From Lama glama (lineage: Eukaryota): a stretch of DNA of 64,000 nt. The translations under genes and the position numbers were made by a program. Of the stretch, positions 37,901 to 50,722 are shown piece by piece; the first letter of the stretch is position 1; each line of letters starts with the position of its first letter. The notes beneath the pieces are model-generated. The model was given only the letters and a program-made list of their open reading frames with translations. It did no database searches and was not told the DNA's origin. Where the stretch lies: NCBI GenBank assembly GCA_028534125.1, contig CM052817.1:25360001-25424000 (forward strand), read 5' to 3'.

Positions 37901-39504
37901 CCCCCTCCTAAGGGAGTCATGGAAAAGGAAAAGTGGGGCCCTTCTAGACTCTGCCTTGAATAAACCAAGCAGGGAGAAAGTCATTCTCCTTAACACATGG
38001 CTGTTCAGTGTCCGTCTAGATACTGTTAGTGAAGACACACTCACTAATTTGAGGAGGAAGCTATTTCAGTCTTTCAGCCAGGTTTGGTTTGGGGCCAACT
38101 AATCACAGCCACCCACAGGTTCCTGAGGGTCCTTTCAAGTTAAATGGAAACTCTTTTGTTTTTCCTGAGCAGGCCTCCTGCATAGACTCGCTGTCTGCTT
38201 TTGTGAACTGCGCTAGGCTTTGAAGAAACTCAGGGACCAACACCCTCTTTGCCTCAAGGCCAGATCAGAGCCAGCTTCAGCAACCTCCTTCTGTAGCCTT
38301 TCCCCTGAGTGTCACCCAGGTCTCACCCAAAGACCAAAGACCCAAGACCCCTCCACACAGATAACACCCCTTGGCCCCAAACTCAGCATTCGGGATGCTC
38401 CAGGGAAGAGAGAGTAAGTGAGGGGCTTTTATACTCACTTCCCTCCATTCCTCCCCAAATTTCCATCTCCCAGACCAAGAGAGGGGGTGGGTGAGGCATT
38501 GTTCTAAGAGGACCCTATTGTATATTTGATGAATACAGGGCCCTTCCCTCAGGAGGCTGGGAAGGGGAATGGAGAGTGGGTGGTCAACACACAATACTTT
38601 TCTTTTTCTGACAAATAATCCAGAAAGGGGATAATTCCCACAAACATAATCAAGTTAGCAATCCATGTGTAGTTTGGCAATATGCTTGCTAGTCAAACGA
38701 TGACTTAAATTGCTGGTGGGATTTTGAAAGGGAAATTTACTTAGTCATTTTAATAAGAGTGTTCCCTGGAGACAAGTTTTTCAAAGAATGTTGAGGCAAA
38801 TAAGACTCAGGTCAAAGAATTATCTGTAGGTCTGTGTCACAACAGCTGCTCCCAGTACATTATCTCCCCTTTAACGAACCAGTTGCCATGCCCACAAAAC
38901 CCCGCTCTCTTCCCCCCACCCCCCTCACACACTCACACACACAGCATCTCAACTATATACACACGTCCGTTTATATAGACACGCCTAGTATTCCCCAGTT
39001 ACTCAGGAACTCCCCCAGCCCTCCTCCCACATGCAGTCCTGCTCTCCACTTCCATGGATAATTCCACTTCACGTAATGGCAACGCTGGAGTTATCCAGTT
39101 CAGTTATAATTCTTCCATTATTCATCAAATGCTATCCATGTAGGCTGTCAGTATCAGTCCCTACGCATAAGTTCATATCCCAGCTCCACTCACTATCTAT
39201 GTGACTTCAGGCAAGTTATTTAACTTCTTTGAGCCTCTGTTTCTGCATCTGAGACTGGCACAGTGATCATCCCTAGCCCATGTGCCCATGCTCAATACTG
39301 AGCATCAACTATGCACCTGACCTTGTTCTAGGTGCTCAGGATACAGCAATAAAAAATGATAAAAACCCCTGCTCTCGGGAAGCTTATGTTCCAGTGAGGA
39401 GGAAACAGGTCTCCAGTAAACAAATAATGTAATTTCAAATAAGTGCTATTAAAGGTAATACACAGTAATATAACATACATCTAGGGGGAAGGTGAGATCC
39501 AGCC

Positions 39505-39960
39505 TCAAAGGTGGCCACTGACGATCCTCGCCTCCTGGTGTTCCTGTCCTTGTGTTGTCCTCACCACACTGAATAGAGCTGATCGAGGTAACCAAAAGGA
39601 TGCTGTGGAGATGACAGTGTGTGGCTTCAGAGGACTGATCATAAAGACATTGCAGTTCCTACCTTGCTCTCTCTTGGATTCCTTACTTTGGGAGAAACCA
39701 GGTGCCACGTGGTGAGAACATTCAGATGGTTCGAATAGTCTGAATAGCCAGCGCTGACCTTGCTAACAGCCTACCTACCATGTTGAAAGTGATGACTGCA
39801 GCCCCAGCAAACTCATAAAAAATGACTCCAAGCCATAATCAGTCAGCCAAGCTGCTCTAGAATTCTGACCCGTGAAAACTGTGAGACTATAGTTTTTATT
39901 GTGGTTTTAAGCTACTAAGACTTGAAGTCATTTGTTACACAGCAATAGATCACTAATGCA
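39505..39960 (+). mobile_element. MLT1F-like MaLR LTR, within MIR/L2 fragments at 39150-40250
   Basis: atcctcgcctcctggtgttc..gagatgacagtgtgtggcttc..gatgactgcagccccagc..gaattctgacccgtgaaaactgtgaga..ttgttacacagcaatagatcactaatgca. Confidence 0.85.
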
Positions 39961-41074
39961 TGGGGCTTTAGATAGGATGATAAGGAAATGTTTCATTGAG
40001 CTTCATGGAGTTTGGGTTATTGTGAGGATTAAATAAACAAGGTGTACAAAATGCCTAGCATGGGGTCAGGCTTTTAGGATGTGCTCAGTAAACATCAGCT
40101 ATGGTTATTTTTATTCTTTGTGGTAAAATTACTCTTCACCCAACACCCTCATATTACAGATGAGGACCCTGGGATCTAGGGACTTTGAGACATTTGTCCA
40201 TATCGCACAAACCAAGTGTCACCCAGCCCAAGTCTGAGGGCTGGTCTCCTAGCTTCTGCTAGAACCTAAGCCAGACCTCTTTCTTCTCATACACCCTGTC
40301 TCTTCCTTCCTTGCACAAAATCTGTTGAAGTGAGAACATGGCAAGTCTGCATACAGATTAAGACTCTACTGAGTCAGCTCTGCCAGCCTTGGTTAGCAGA
40401 GCAGGGACAGAAAGCAGGAGATGCTACTCAGTGCCTCACCCATGAGGGCTCCTCCAGAAAGCAACAGCCATGGCCAGATGAGCATTTCTGAATTTATGTG
40501 AAATGCTCTCTTCTTTGCTAATTGCTACTCGGAACTCAGGAGCTGTTTTTAATATGTTGACGCCAATCACCTGAAAGGTTGTGGGGAGGAGGAAAGAGAC
40601 AAAGGCAGATTGTCTGCACAGCCCATGTGCGGATCGGTGCCTCAGCCTAAAAGGCCTTAGAGCAGGCTGGCTCCCATATGCTGCTGTTCTCGTCCTGCTG
40701 TGGGGTCACGGACACAGCGTGCTTTTCTCTCTTGGTGGCCACCACACCCATTCTCTCCGTGGGCGTTCTGTCCTCCCCTCCACCCCATGACCAGCTGTGG
40801 AGTAGCAAATGTCCCACATACCTCCCTCTTTCCTTGTATCCTTCAAAGATAAGCTCACAGGCCCTGCTCATTATGAAGAGTTCACTGCTAGTCACTATAG
40901 AGACACAGATTAACAGGCAAAGAAAATAACCAAAGCCAGGGAAATCCCAAAGACTACACACAGAATCTTCCAATGTGATCATATCACTTTCTTACTTAAA
41001 ATCTTTGGATCACTCCACATCATCTACAGAAAAAGTCCTAAGTTCTTTAAGGAGGCACACAATGTTCTCCAAGA

Positions 41075-41285
41075 TCTTGCCTGGGTTCAAATCCCTACTC
41101 TGTACTTGGCAGCCATGTGCCCTTGAGCAAGTTACTAATTTCTTCATGCCTCATTTTCTTCTGATGTAAAAAGAGAATAATAATAGAGGGCTGTTGTGAG
41201 AATTAAATGAGTTAACATACATAAAATCTTAGGTCAGTATCTGGCACAGAGTAAAGGTTCAAGAAATGTTATCTATTACTATTGC
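41075..41285 (+). mobile_element. MIR SINE
   Basis: ctgggttcaaatccc..gagcaagttactaa..ctgttgtgagaattaaatgagttaa..ctggcacagagtaa. Confidence 0.88.
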
Positions 41286-41617
41286 CATGATGATGATGGT
41301 GGTGGTGGTGATGGTGATGATGGTAAACACCTCGGCAACCTTGTCCATTACTCCTGGTCTTACACTTGCTTGAAGTCCCTTCACATGTGTTCCCATGCTG
41401 TTCATCACCCCCTGGATCTAGACACTCTTTACCCTTCCCCAAGCCTGACTCACATCTCGGTCTTTAGAGAAGATTCTACACAAGGAGCCTCCTTTGGGAA
41501 GCATTCCATGATCATCTTCTCATCACCCAGGCTGGCTCAGGTGTCTTCTTCTGTGCCCCTCTAACATCCTATGCATACCTCCATCAAGAATATATGTATG
41601 TACATTTTAATTATCTA

Positions 41618-42097
41618 GAGCTGTGTAACAACAGACTCCAAAACTTAATGGGCTAAAACAACAGCCATTTAATTATTCACAATTCTGTAGGTCAAGAATT
41701 TAAGCAAAGCTTGGCTGGGTGGTTCTGCTCCATATGGCATCAGCTGAGGCCACTCACTCAGCTGTATTCATTGAGCCACTAGACTGAATATAGCCCACGA
41801 AGGGTCCACTCACATGTGCAGTGCCCCTGGGCTCCTCTCACACTCTTGCTCCACGTGGCTAGACCATCACAGCATGGTGGTCTTGAGGTAGACAGGCTCC
41901 TTTCATTATGGCTGGCTTCCAAGAAGAAGCATTTTAAGTGGCAAAAGCTGAATCTGTAGATCTCTAAACACCCAACCTTGGAATTTACATGACATTGCTT
42001 CCACCATACTCTACTGGTCAAAGTTAGTGACAGGACAAGCTCACATTCAAGGGAAGGAGTGGAAAGAACTTACAGCCATCTTGAAGTCACCACCACA
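41618..42097 (-). mobile_element. MLT1H-like MaLR LTR nested in L2
   Basis: gctgtgtaacaac..ccaaaacttaatggg..cacaattctgtaggtcaagaattt..gcttccaccatactctactggtcaaag..gccatcttg..caccaca. Confidence 0.82.
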
Positions 42098-43479
42098 GGT
42101 CTCTCTGCCAATAAGATTCTGAGGTCTCTGAAGGCAAGGAGAGAATCCTATTAGTCTTGGTACCCCTAGACCTAATTGGGAGGAGTGCCTGGTATAGAGA
42201 AGGTGCTTAACAAGACATTGTGTGAACTCCCACACAATCACGGGAAGCTCTAGAAGAGGATGAGCTGGCCTCACAAAACTCAAAGCAGCTCCTCCAGGAG
42301 CTGCCAAAGCCTCCCATCCACTACCTCTGCTTCTTGTCAAATCCATCTTCAGTTCATTCCTGGCACAACAAGAAGTACAAGCAATACCGAAGTCACTGAT
42401 CAAGCACCAGTGTCTGTAACTGGCTTTAACATGGAGAAAGGACAGAAGTGAAAGGAGTTAATGTGGCTGGAATGTTCTACTTGCCTATCCAAAGGACAGC
42501 TAAAATAAGAAATGTGTCTGTGTAAATATTTTCAACCCTCGTGCTATAGGGATCCAGAGCACCCTCAAGTTGAAAGACTTTCAATTCTCCTTGTGTGGGG
42601 AAACCCTCCCTCCAACCTCATGCAAACAGTGATAACAGCCAGTGGCTAGCCCACGGGGCTCACTCTTAAATTCCCTGCAGAAAGCCCTGTGGTTTTTGCC
42701 TACGGCTCATGGCAGCAGCCTGAGACTACTACAAGGATGCCAGCCTTCCAAGACCAGGCGCCTGGGGCAGAGCCATGAGGCGGTGCGGGTATTGAGGTGA
42801 GTCAGCTCAGACCACCAGCAACTGTAAAGAGAATGTCCAGGCCTTATCTGCAGCCAGCACTGGCACAGGCACTTAATTTTTAATGAGCAAACCACTGAGA
42901 GGAAAAAAATTACAACTTTAAAATATCCGAGTGAGCAGGTTTGCTTCTTTGTTCATCTTTGTGGCCCATGACTTCTCCAGTGGGATAGCTCAGGTTCATT
43001 CCTAACCTGGGATCCCAAACAGCTGGAGGCCACTGAGGGGGGCAACCACAGACAGAGCCCACCTGGCCCTCAACAGAGGTAGGGAAGCAGCTCTTATTCC
43101 CTCCCTGTAGCTGGGGACAACTTGGCAGAGGCCAGGCATCCTGCAGAGAATCACTTATACAAGTTAGGAGTGTTCTGGCTGCTTGAGAAAATGACCCATT
43201 TAGCAACTCCCTGGAATCCCTGACAGTTAAAGTATCGCCCAAGTCACCACCTTGTCTTCTTATGAGGCAACCAAGGGTGTAGAAGACACCGCAGGGGCGG
43301 GGAAAATACAGACCCCACTTCTTCACCTTATAAGCCGGGTAGAATCCTGGCACCTGTGGGAAGGCAGGCAGGGGAGGAACCATATTTCATTCTCCTCAGG
43401 TTACCATGGTTCTTTTTCAGTGCCCTTCTTTTCCCCTCAGAAACAGGTTATAAAGTGAAAGACCCACGCCGAACATCAG

Positions 43480-43915
43480 TGTTTCCAACCACCAGTATCC
43501 AGCGAGCACCTACGACACATCAGACCCTTTCCAGGCTGGAAGATAGCCAAAGGCGTCTGCTCTAGTGGGATCTTCCAACACGCAAACAAAAAGGCGATTT
43601 CAGATCATGCTAAGTAACATGAAGAGAATAAACCACTTCTTCACATAGAAAACACCTCTCTGAAAAGGTGACATGTGGAGCTAGGCCTTCAGCGATGACC
43701 CAGAGAAAGTCATCCCCTGGGAGGGAAGAGCCCTGGTCAGAGGGAACAGCAAGCACAGCGCCTGGAGACAGAAACGAGCTCGGTGTCTTCGCGGTGCGGA
43801 ATGAAGGCCAATGCGAAAACAAGAAGCACCGTGTGAGAAGACGTGGTGAGACAGACAGGGGCCACATCATGCGGGGCCTCGAATATCACAGTAAAGCATT
43901 TGGATTTCACTTTAC
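43480..43915 (-). mobile_element. L2 fragment
   Basis: gagcacctac..cctctctgaaaaggtgacatgtggagctaggcc..cagagggaacagcaagcac..ggccacatcatgcggggcc. Confidence 0.75.
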
Positions 43916-43999
43916 TCCATATTCTGCCCAAGTATTACTACTCCCAGTTCTTAGCACCACAGTGCTTTACGTATCAGAGATGAGGGTGCTCCAAAGGAA

Positions 44000-44163
44000 G
44001 AGGTCTTCAAAGTGTGCTGCCCAGACGGACAACATTGACAGCACTCTGGGAATTTGTTAAAAATGCAAACTGCTGAGTCAGAAACTCTGAAGGTGGGGTC
44101 CGGCAATCTGTGTTTGTAAGCCTCCCAGGGGATTCCGATGCACGGTAGTTCGAGACGCACCGC
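44000..44163. mobile_element. MER5A-like hAT MITE
   Basis: ttcaaagtgtgctgcccagac..tgggaatttgttaaaaatgcaaa..ctgagtcagaaactctg..caatctgtgttt..gattccgatgcacg. Confidence 0.85.
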
Positions 44164-44394
44164 TCTGGAGAAAACAACTTTCTAAACTGCCGAAACTTCC
44201 TAAAGCGCAACACATTGTTAAAGAAGGAAATGTGCGTGGTATGTTTTAGTGTGGTTCCTATCTTCAAAAAAATTGAAATGGAACAATACACGACCTTTTC
44301 TCTACAATTCATGATCCTCAGTGTGCGGACTCTGACACCGTCATATTCTTTGGGTCTAGGAAAGCTGATAAAGCTACTTGTTCCTGTACTTATT

Positions 44395-44637
44395 GGCCCA
44401 AGATGGCTATTCTTTGTGAGTTTTTGTGCTTGGTTTTATAGCTGGTCTATGGCTTTTTCTGTTCTTAAGCACTGGTTTTGCTTAATAGTAGGAGAACAAT
44501 GAAATAAGAAATAGACGTACCAAATACAAGCCCAAATTTTTATTAGGTTCATGAGACATAAAATTACTCTGCCAGTTACTACAAAGCTTTCAAAATTCTT
44601 ACGCTCAGTTTTTGTACTTGTCTTCTCTCAGACCACG
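44395..44637. mobile_element. MER119/Charlie-like DNA transposon fragment
   Basis: aaatacaagcccaaatttttatt..gacataaaattactctg..ttacgctcagtttttgtactt, recalled consensus similarity. Confidence 0.55.
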
Positions 44638-44649
44638 GAAGTGTCATGA

Positions 44650-45380
44650 AAGATTGATGGAAAGTTTTATGCATGTTTAACTGAAGTTCTGGAGGGTGAA
44701 CACAGAGATAATGGAACAGAAACAGGACCTGAAGAATTAATAGCAGAGACTTTTCCAAAACTAATTAAATATATCAGTCGACAGATCCAAGAAACCCAAA
44801 ACTGGAATCAAAGGAAAACCTAGGTATTTTAAAGTAAAACTGCTAAAGGCCATAAACAAAGAAAATATCTTAAAAGCAGTCAGAGGAAAGAGATTGCCAT
44901 CAAAGGAGCAATAATTAAACTGACAGCTAATTTCTCAACAGCAACATTGGAAGCCAAAAGACAATTGAATAACAGCTTCAAAGTACTGAAAGAAAATAAC
45001 TGTCAATTTTCACACCACTGTGAAGTCAAAAAACCATTAAATCAAACCATCATCAGTCAGGAACCATCTATATACTTATTACATTGTACTTATTAAATCA
45101 AATGCTCAACCTCATTAATGATCAGATAAATGCAATTGATACCTCAGTGAGATTCTACTACAAACCCACCAGAACGGCTAAAATTGAAACGACTGATGAC
45201 ATCAAATGTTGATGAGGATAATCAGCACATATACTGTTGGTAGAAATGTAAACTGGCACAATCACTTTGAAAAACTACTTGTGATATTTACTCAGCCGGG
45301 ATATATATATACGTGCATTCTGTAAAGTCCAGGAAGTCCACTTCTAGTTTTATATTCACTAGAAATGCATAAACTTTCAC
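44650..45380 (+). mobile_element. Ancient L1M fragments (ORF1 and ORF2 end) with a Tigger/MER47 terminus at ~45012-45070
   Basis: aaagaaaatatcttaaaagcagtcagag..ctgacagctaatttctcaacagcaacattggaagcc; ctgtgaagtcaaaaa..aaatcaaaccatc..caggaaccatct; ctgttggtagaaatgtaaactggcacaatcactttgaaaa. Confidence 0.7.
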
Positions 45381-46619
45381 ATCCTGAAGGAGAGATATAA
45401 GTGCCTTATGATTCTGAGGGTACACAGTGGGGACAGAATCTTTGAAGAGATAACAAAGTTACAAGATGCTTTTTCTCTACTATTGAGAGACTTTGAATAG
45501 AAAAACTTTGTAACTGAATGCGTTAGAAGTGCTTGGTCATCTGAGAGCCTCTAAGTTACAGGTCAGCACTCTGAATATTGGGTCTAAATTCAAAATCCTA
45601 CTTTTTAAAATTTTCTAGCTGTGTGAATCAACTTCCCTGGGTCTCATTTATAACATGGAAATGATATAAAGCTGAAGTTAAAAAATCAAGATACTAACTA
45701 GTGCACATGTTAATACACTTTTCCCTTCTCCCAAGGCAAGTACAGCAAAAAGGAAGTAGGATTTGCCCAAAAGTTTGGACTTTTAGGCAAGAAGGTGTCA
45801 AGCAATCTATGAGAGTACAACAGGTATAAAAACAGAGAAGATATTTAAAAATCTGAAATTGGAAGACCAGAGATGGGTCACAAAGAACAGATTAAGAAAT
45901 TATGTATAGATGCTAAGAACAGTAAGGAAGGTTGACTTCATAGTCCTCGGAGCTACCCAAGCAGCATCCTTTAATGCTCCCTGACCATCAATTGTGGTCA
46001 AGTGGCTATAGAAATGAGGAATGGCAGTGTGCCAAGACAAGAAACTAGACAAGATACTATGTAACTCCTCCTCTGTGTGCACACATACCAGTCAATTATG
46101 TTTTTTATTTCATCTGGACTCCCATAGCACCCTGTTGGTTCCTCTCTTCTAGCACGTGTAAGGTGATAAATGGGAAGTCACATTTCTGTCCGCTTCCCAT
46201 ACGCTCCGAATTTCTGAAAAATAAAGACAGGTTTGTCTTTGAACCAAAGCACCTAGCAGAGTAACTGACTACCATACAAGATGTCCAATAAATGTTGAAT
46301 TAATGAATAAACAAATGAAAGAATGATGTGTTTTCACTTGCAAGAATCTGAGTTCTGGAACTTCCGAGGCCCCTATGAAAACGCACCAAATGGAGCACAC
46401 TGAGCCTCCTCCCCACGGTCTCTTCCAGCCTTGTTCACACTTTGCCGCCACCAACTTCTTCCCAGTCCTGCAGGTAGGAGCTTAGAGCCTGAGGGGGAAT
46501 ATTCCTTGACATCTCTTATTTCATCCAAAATATCCCATTAGTTGACTGACATTTACCCGAACGTCGCTTCTGTTTTCTTCTCCATTCTGGGTGAGACTGG
46601 ATTCCTGACAGTGACTCTG

Positions 46620-48050
46620 GCAAAGCGATGATGCCTTCCTCAAGCCCTGCCCTCCCTCCGTTCACTGCTTCTGGACCAATAACTGGGATTAGGTCTCAAC
46701 GCAGCCCAGGTGGAGGAATACAGCACCTGAGCCAGAAGGAAACGTCTTACCCTCAGAAAGAGCTGCGGGACTTGGCGAAGATGTATCTGTATGAACTGGG
46801 GGTCACACGTGGGAGTGAGTTCAAGGATGATTAACAGGAGAGGGAGGAGTGGAGCAGAGTACAAGGTGAGGGGGTCACACGTGGGAGTGAGTTCAAGGAT
46901 GATTAACAGGAGAGGGAGGAGTGGAGCAGAGTACAAGGTGAGGGAGGGAAGCCCCGTAGAGTTAGGACTAGCACATTTCTGAATGGCTCCTTGAAGCTTG
47001 GACATGGTGATGCCTCACGGTAAATTACAGGGAGAGGGAACAGTACCGTGGCAGAAGATCGAGGAAGGGGTTAGAACGCTCAGGGAATCAGAAATGTTAG
47101 AACAAATTTATGTAAGACTTGTGCTTCCTTGGAGGGTTCGGAGGACATTCCCCGCATCAGGCCATAAGGAATACGTCAGCGAGGGGCAACAGCATCTCTG
47201 AGAAGCTTAGCGATGACTGTCCGCCATAGGCCAGGGTGAGACTAGGTGACTCTGCCGTAGAACTGGGCTCCCTCGTCTCACTGGGAGTGATGGGATTTCA
47301 GAGTAACAGAGGCCAGAGATCAGGGCTTAACCATCAGAGACAAGATGGACACAAACTGCAAGAGGCAACAAGGCCAGCGGGACAAGCAGAGTGCCTCCAC
47401 CCACAAAGGTTTTGATGGTGGCTAATGGACCATGGTGTTCCTGGGAGCGGGATCCATGACCAGCCAACAAAGGCATGGCATGACTTGTACAACAAGAAAA
47501 AAAGTCAAGAGCTATCAAGGAGAATGCTGATGTGCTCACAATTTCCAGATCTGAGCTAGTTCTCAGACCCCAAACCTGGGTCTCCTTGAGACAGGATCCG
47601 GCAATGTCCCCCACATTAGTGAAGTTCTCAGGGGCTCAGTGATCGAGGCAGGTCAGGACATCCCCTGTCAGATAAAGAACAAGTTATGACACTTTGGGCT
47701 TACTCCTACTAAAAGGAAACCGGATGCCTGTAAGTCCCTTTGGGTTTTGGAGAAACATAATACATAACAGGGAATACTGCTCCAACCTATGTATTTTGTG
47801 ATGTAAGACATTCATAGTTTGGAGTGGGGCGCAGAGCAAGAGGGGGGTCTGCAGAGCTCCAGGCTGTCATGCAAGGTGGCTCATATGACCCGGCAGATGC
47901 AACGATGCTAGAGGTATCTGTGACAGACAGGTAGAGCCTTCGGCAAGCCCCAAGAAGAGAGTCACAGGCTAGACTCCCAGGGTTCTCCTGGAGCTGCTTT
48001 CTTGAGAAGAGAACAATCTCTTTGAAAAGCAGCTCCTGGCATGCCCTGGA
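46620..48050 (+). mobile_element. Decayed ERV-L-class internal segment (gag + C-terminal pol), no LTRs seen
   Basis: ORF 46628-46834 ASGPITGIRSQRSPGGGIQHL..SYPQKELRDLAKMY resembles ERV-L gag. 47613-47990 resembles the ERV-L RT thumb/connection region (VKF-G-QW, FGFWR-H, EWG-EQ, YDPAD-M-LEVSV-D). Confidence 0.8.
46798..46944. repeat. Perfect 72-bp tandem duplication
   Basis: gggggtcacacgtgggagtgagttcaaggatgattaacaggagagggaggagtggagcagagtacaaggtga x2, period 72. Confidence 0.97.
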
Positions 48051-48129
48051 GCCGTGTGAGGGGCTGATGTTTCTCTCCCTCCTGCCACTGCCTCAATTTT
48101 TTGTTGTTGCTCCTGCTCCTCTTCTAATA

Positions 48130-49445
48130 AATACTGAAACAATTGAAAAAATTGTCTACATCTTTACCATCTCCACTTACTCTTTTCCACTCCATTTTGA
48201 AACTACTCCAAATCAGGTTTTCATCCCCACAATTTCACTAAAACTGCTTTTCGTGAAACTCACCAAGGACTTCCATGTTCCAAATCCCATGACTAATTGC
48301 AAGTCCTCTTCACACTTGATCTCTCAGCTGCATCTGACCCGTATGGACACACCCTCTTTAAAATAGCTTCTCCCGTTGTTTCCTGAGCCTTTACTCTCTC
48401 TGTCTTCCTGTCTCTCTGGTTCCTCGTCAGCATCTTGGCTGGTTTTTCTTATACCCCTAACCACTAATGCCGGAGGCACCAAGGCTCAGTCCCAGGTTGC
48501 TTTCTGTTCCACCTGTACTCTGTCTCCCTAGGTGACCTTATCCCATCATTGCTTTAATTTTTTATGTACTTCCCACTCCCAAATGTATACCTCTAACCCA
48601 TCCTCTCCCTTGAACTCCAGGCACAAGTAGCCAACAGTCTGTTAGACTTCTCTACTAGGCATCTGATAGACTTAACAATTCCAAAACCAGCTTCTGGCTC
48701 CCCATCTCCAAACCTGCTCCTCCACCAGCCTTTCCCACCTTAGGAAACGACAGCTCTAGTATTCCAGCTGCTCAGCCCCCAAACCTTGACTCATCTTTGT
48801 TTTTTTTCTCTCCAAGCTCTGATGCCATTCATCAGAAAATCTTGCCACTTATTCCTTCAAAATATTTAGAATCTGGTAAATCCTTAGTCTAAGCTACCAC
48901 CATCTCTTGCTTAGATTACTGTATCCTGTTCTCATGTTTCCATCATTGCTCTCTTCAATTCATTTTAAAAGCAGAGTGAACCTGTCCCACATCTACTGAG
49001 AACCCTCCACAAGCTTTGCATCTCCTTCGGAGTAAAATCTAAAGTCCTGACAGTGACCCACCAAGCCCCACATGGTCTGCACCGCCTCTGCCACCAGATC
49101 CCCTCTGGCCTCACCTCCCACCACTTACCCTGCGCCCTCTTTGGACACCCCTTTTGTCTTGGACTTAATGCCTCAGTTGGCCTCAGGGCTCACTTCCTCA
49201 CTTCTGCTCCAACCGCACTGGCTCAGAGACACTGCCCGCTCTACCTCCTGTAGCCCTCTTTATTTCTCTTCCTAGCATGTCTCTCTACTTGATGTATTAA
49301 CTAACATATTAATTTTATTGCCTGGCCCAAGCCAGGAGATTGTAAGTTCTGGCAGAGCAATACCTTGTTTGATTTCTGTGTTGCCAGCCCTTAGAATAGT
49401 GGCTGGAATAAAATAAATGCTCAATGGATTTGTGTTGAGTGCGTG
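48130..49445 (+). mobile_element. L2a-like LINE, ~1.3 kb 3' part
   Basis: ccaaatcaggttttcatcccc..gaaactcaccaaggacttccatgtt..ctcccttgaactccag..taaaatctaaagtcct..cttagaatagtggctgg..atgctcaatggatttgtgttgagtg. Confidence 0.88.
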
Positions 49446-49517
49446 AACAGATAGCAGGTCCTTTGTTAACCCTAGGGTATAGGAGGGGAAATGTAGATTT
49501 AAAAATGCTTAAGACCT

Positions 49518-50034
49518 GTATACACAATGGGATATTACTCAGCCATAAAAAAGAATGAAATCTTGCCATTTGGGACAATGTGGATGAACACAGAGGGTAT
49601 TGTGCTGAGTGAAATAAGTCAGACAGAGAAAGACAAATACAGTATGATTTCATTTACATGTGGAATCTAAAAAATGAAACAAATAAAACAAAACAGATAC
49701 AGTCTCATAGATCCAGAGAAATTGAGGGTCATCAGAGTAGAGGGTATGGCAAAATAGGGGATCCAGAAGTACATACTTCCAGTCATAAAATAAATAAGTC
49801 ACGGAGATGTAATGTCCAGCACAGGGAATATAATCAATAACATTATAATAACTTCATATGGTGACAGATGGTTGCTAGACTTAAGTGGCAGTCAGTTTGT
49901 AACGTATAGAAATGTCAAATCACTATGCTTTATGCCTGAAACTAACATAAACAACCTCACTCCAGTTTAAAAATTAAAAGGAAAAACATTAAAAATTCAA
50001 AAATAGAAGTTACAAAATTATTTTTTAAAAAAAG
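49518..50034 (+). mobile_element. 5'-truncated L1 (L1MA9/artiodactyl-type 3' end)
   Basis: tacacaatgggatattactcagccataaaaaagaatgaaatcttgccatttg..gtgaaataagtcagacagagaaagacaaatac. 17-bp TSD aaaaatgcttaagacct (49501-49517) / aaaaatgatgaagacct (50035-50051). Confidence 0.92.
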
Positions 50035-50109
50035 AAAAATGATGAAGACCTTTGAAAGCTCCCAGCTGGGCACCCTTCCCCATAGCAAGGGGTATATACC
50101 TTTGCAGGC

Positions 50110-50169
50110 CACAACAAATAGTTTGAACCAGAAAAATGTACTCAGGCAGACCGAATCACTGGCTTTATT
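50110..50169 (-). terminator. Candidate poly(A) site (AATAAA + U/GU-rich downstream element)
   Basis: Plus tttatt at 50164-50169; the minus strand downstream reads atttttctggttcaaactatttgttgt. Confidence 0.35.
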
Positions 50170-50698
50170 GTTTTTGCTGGTCTGAATTTGGGATATTACC
50201 TTATTTGGGAGATTTGACACAGATCAATTTGCTATAGCAAATCCAGATGTAAACACCCGAATCTGCATATATTTTCTTCTCTCCTGTGAATGGGAGTTCC
50301 ATGCGGCCAGGTCTGGTCTTTCAGACAGACAGCAAGAGTTTCCTAGATGCCTAAGTGACACCATCCACACCACTCAAGAGTTCTCCCTGCCGTGCTTCAG
50401 CGGAACCTGAAATTACACAATTTACAATTCATTGACCTCTGAAAAAACAAGTCTTGCCCCAAGGAAAGCTGCAAACAAAAGCTTCCAGAGCCAGATTCCT
50501 TGTTGACACTGGTCTCTGGTTACACCCCAGGCAGAAAAAGGGAGGAAATTCAGTCTTCAAAGCCAATGTACCCCTACTTTTGTCTGTCCCCGGCAGAATC
50601 CCTTCCCCCACTCCATCCTCCTCACGAGGACACACTGGGAGTTCAGAAACACCAACGCTGCTGGGGCGGGGGTGGGGGGCGCATTTTCAGGTTACACA

Positions 50699-50722
50699 GT
50701 GTGTGTGTGTGTGTGTGTGTGT
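50699..50722. repeat. (GT)12 microsatellite
   Basis: Read directly. Confidence 0.95.

Noticed and set aside
46628..47201. Gag-like ORFs as a domesticated retroviral gene
   Set aside because: Short, frameshifted and stop-interrupted; no intact reading frame.
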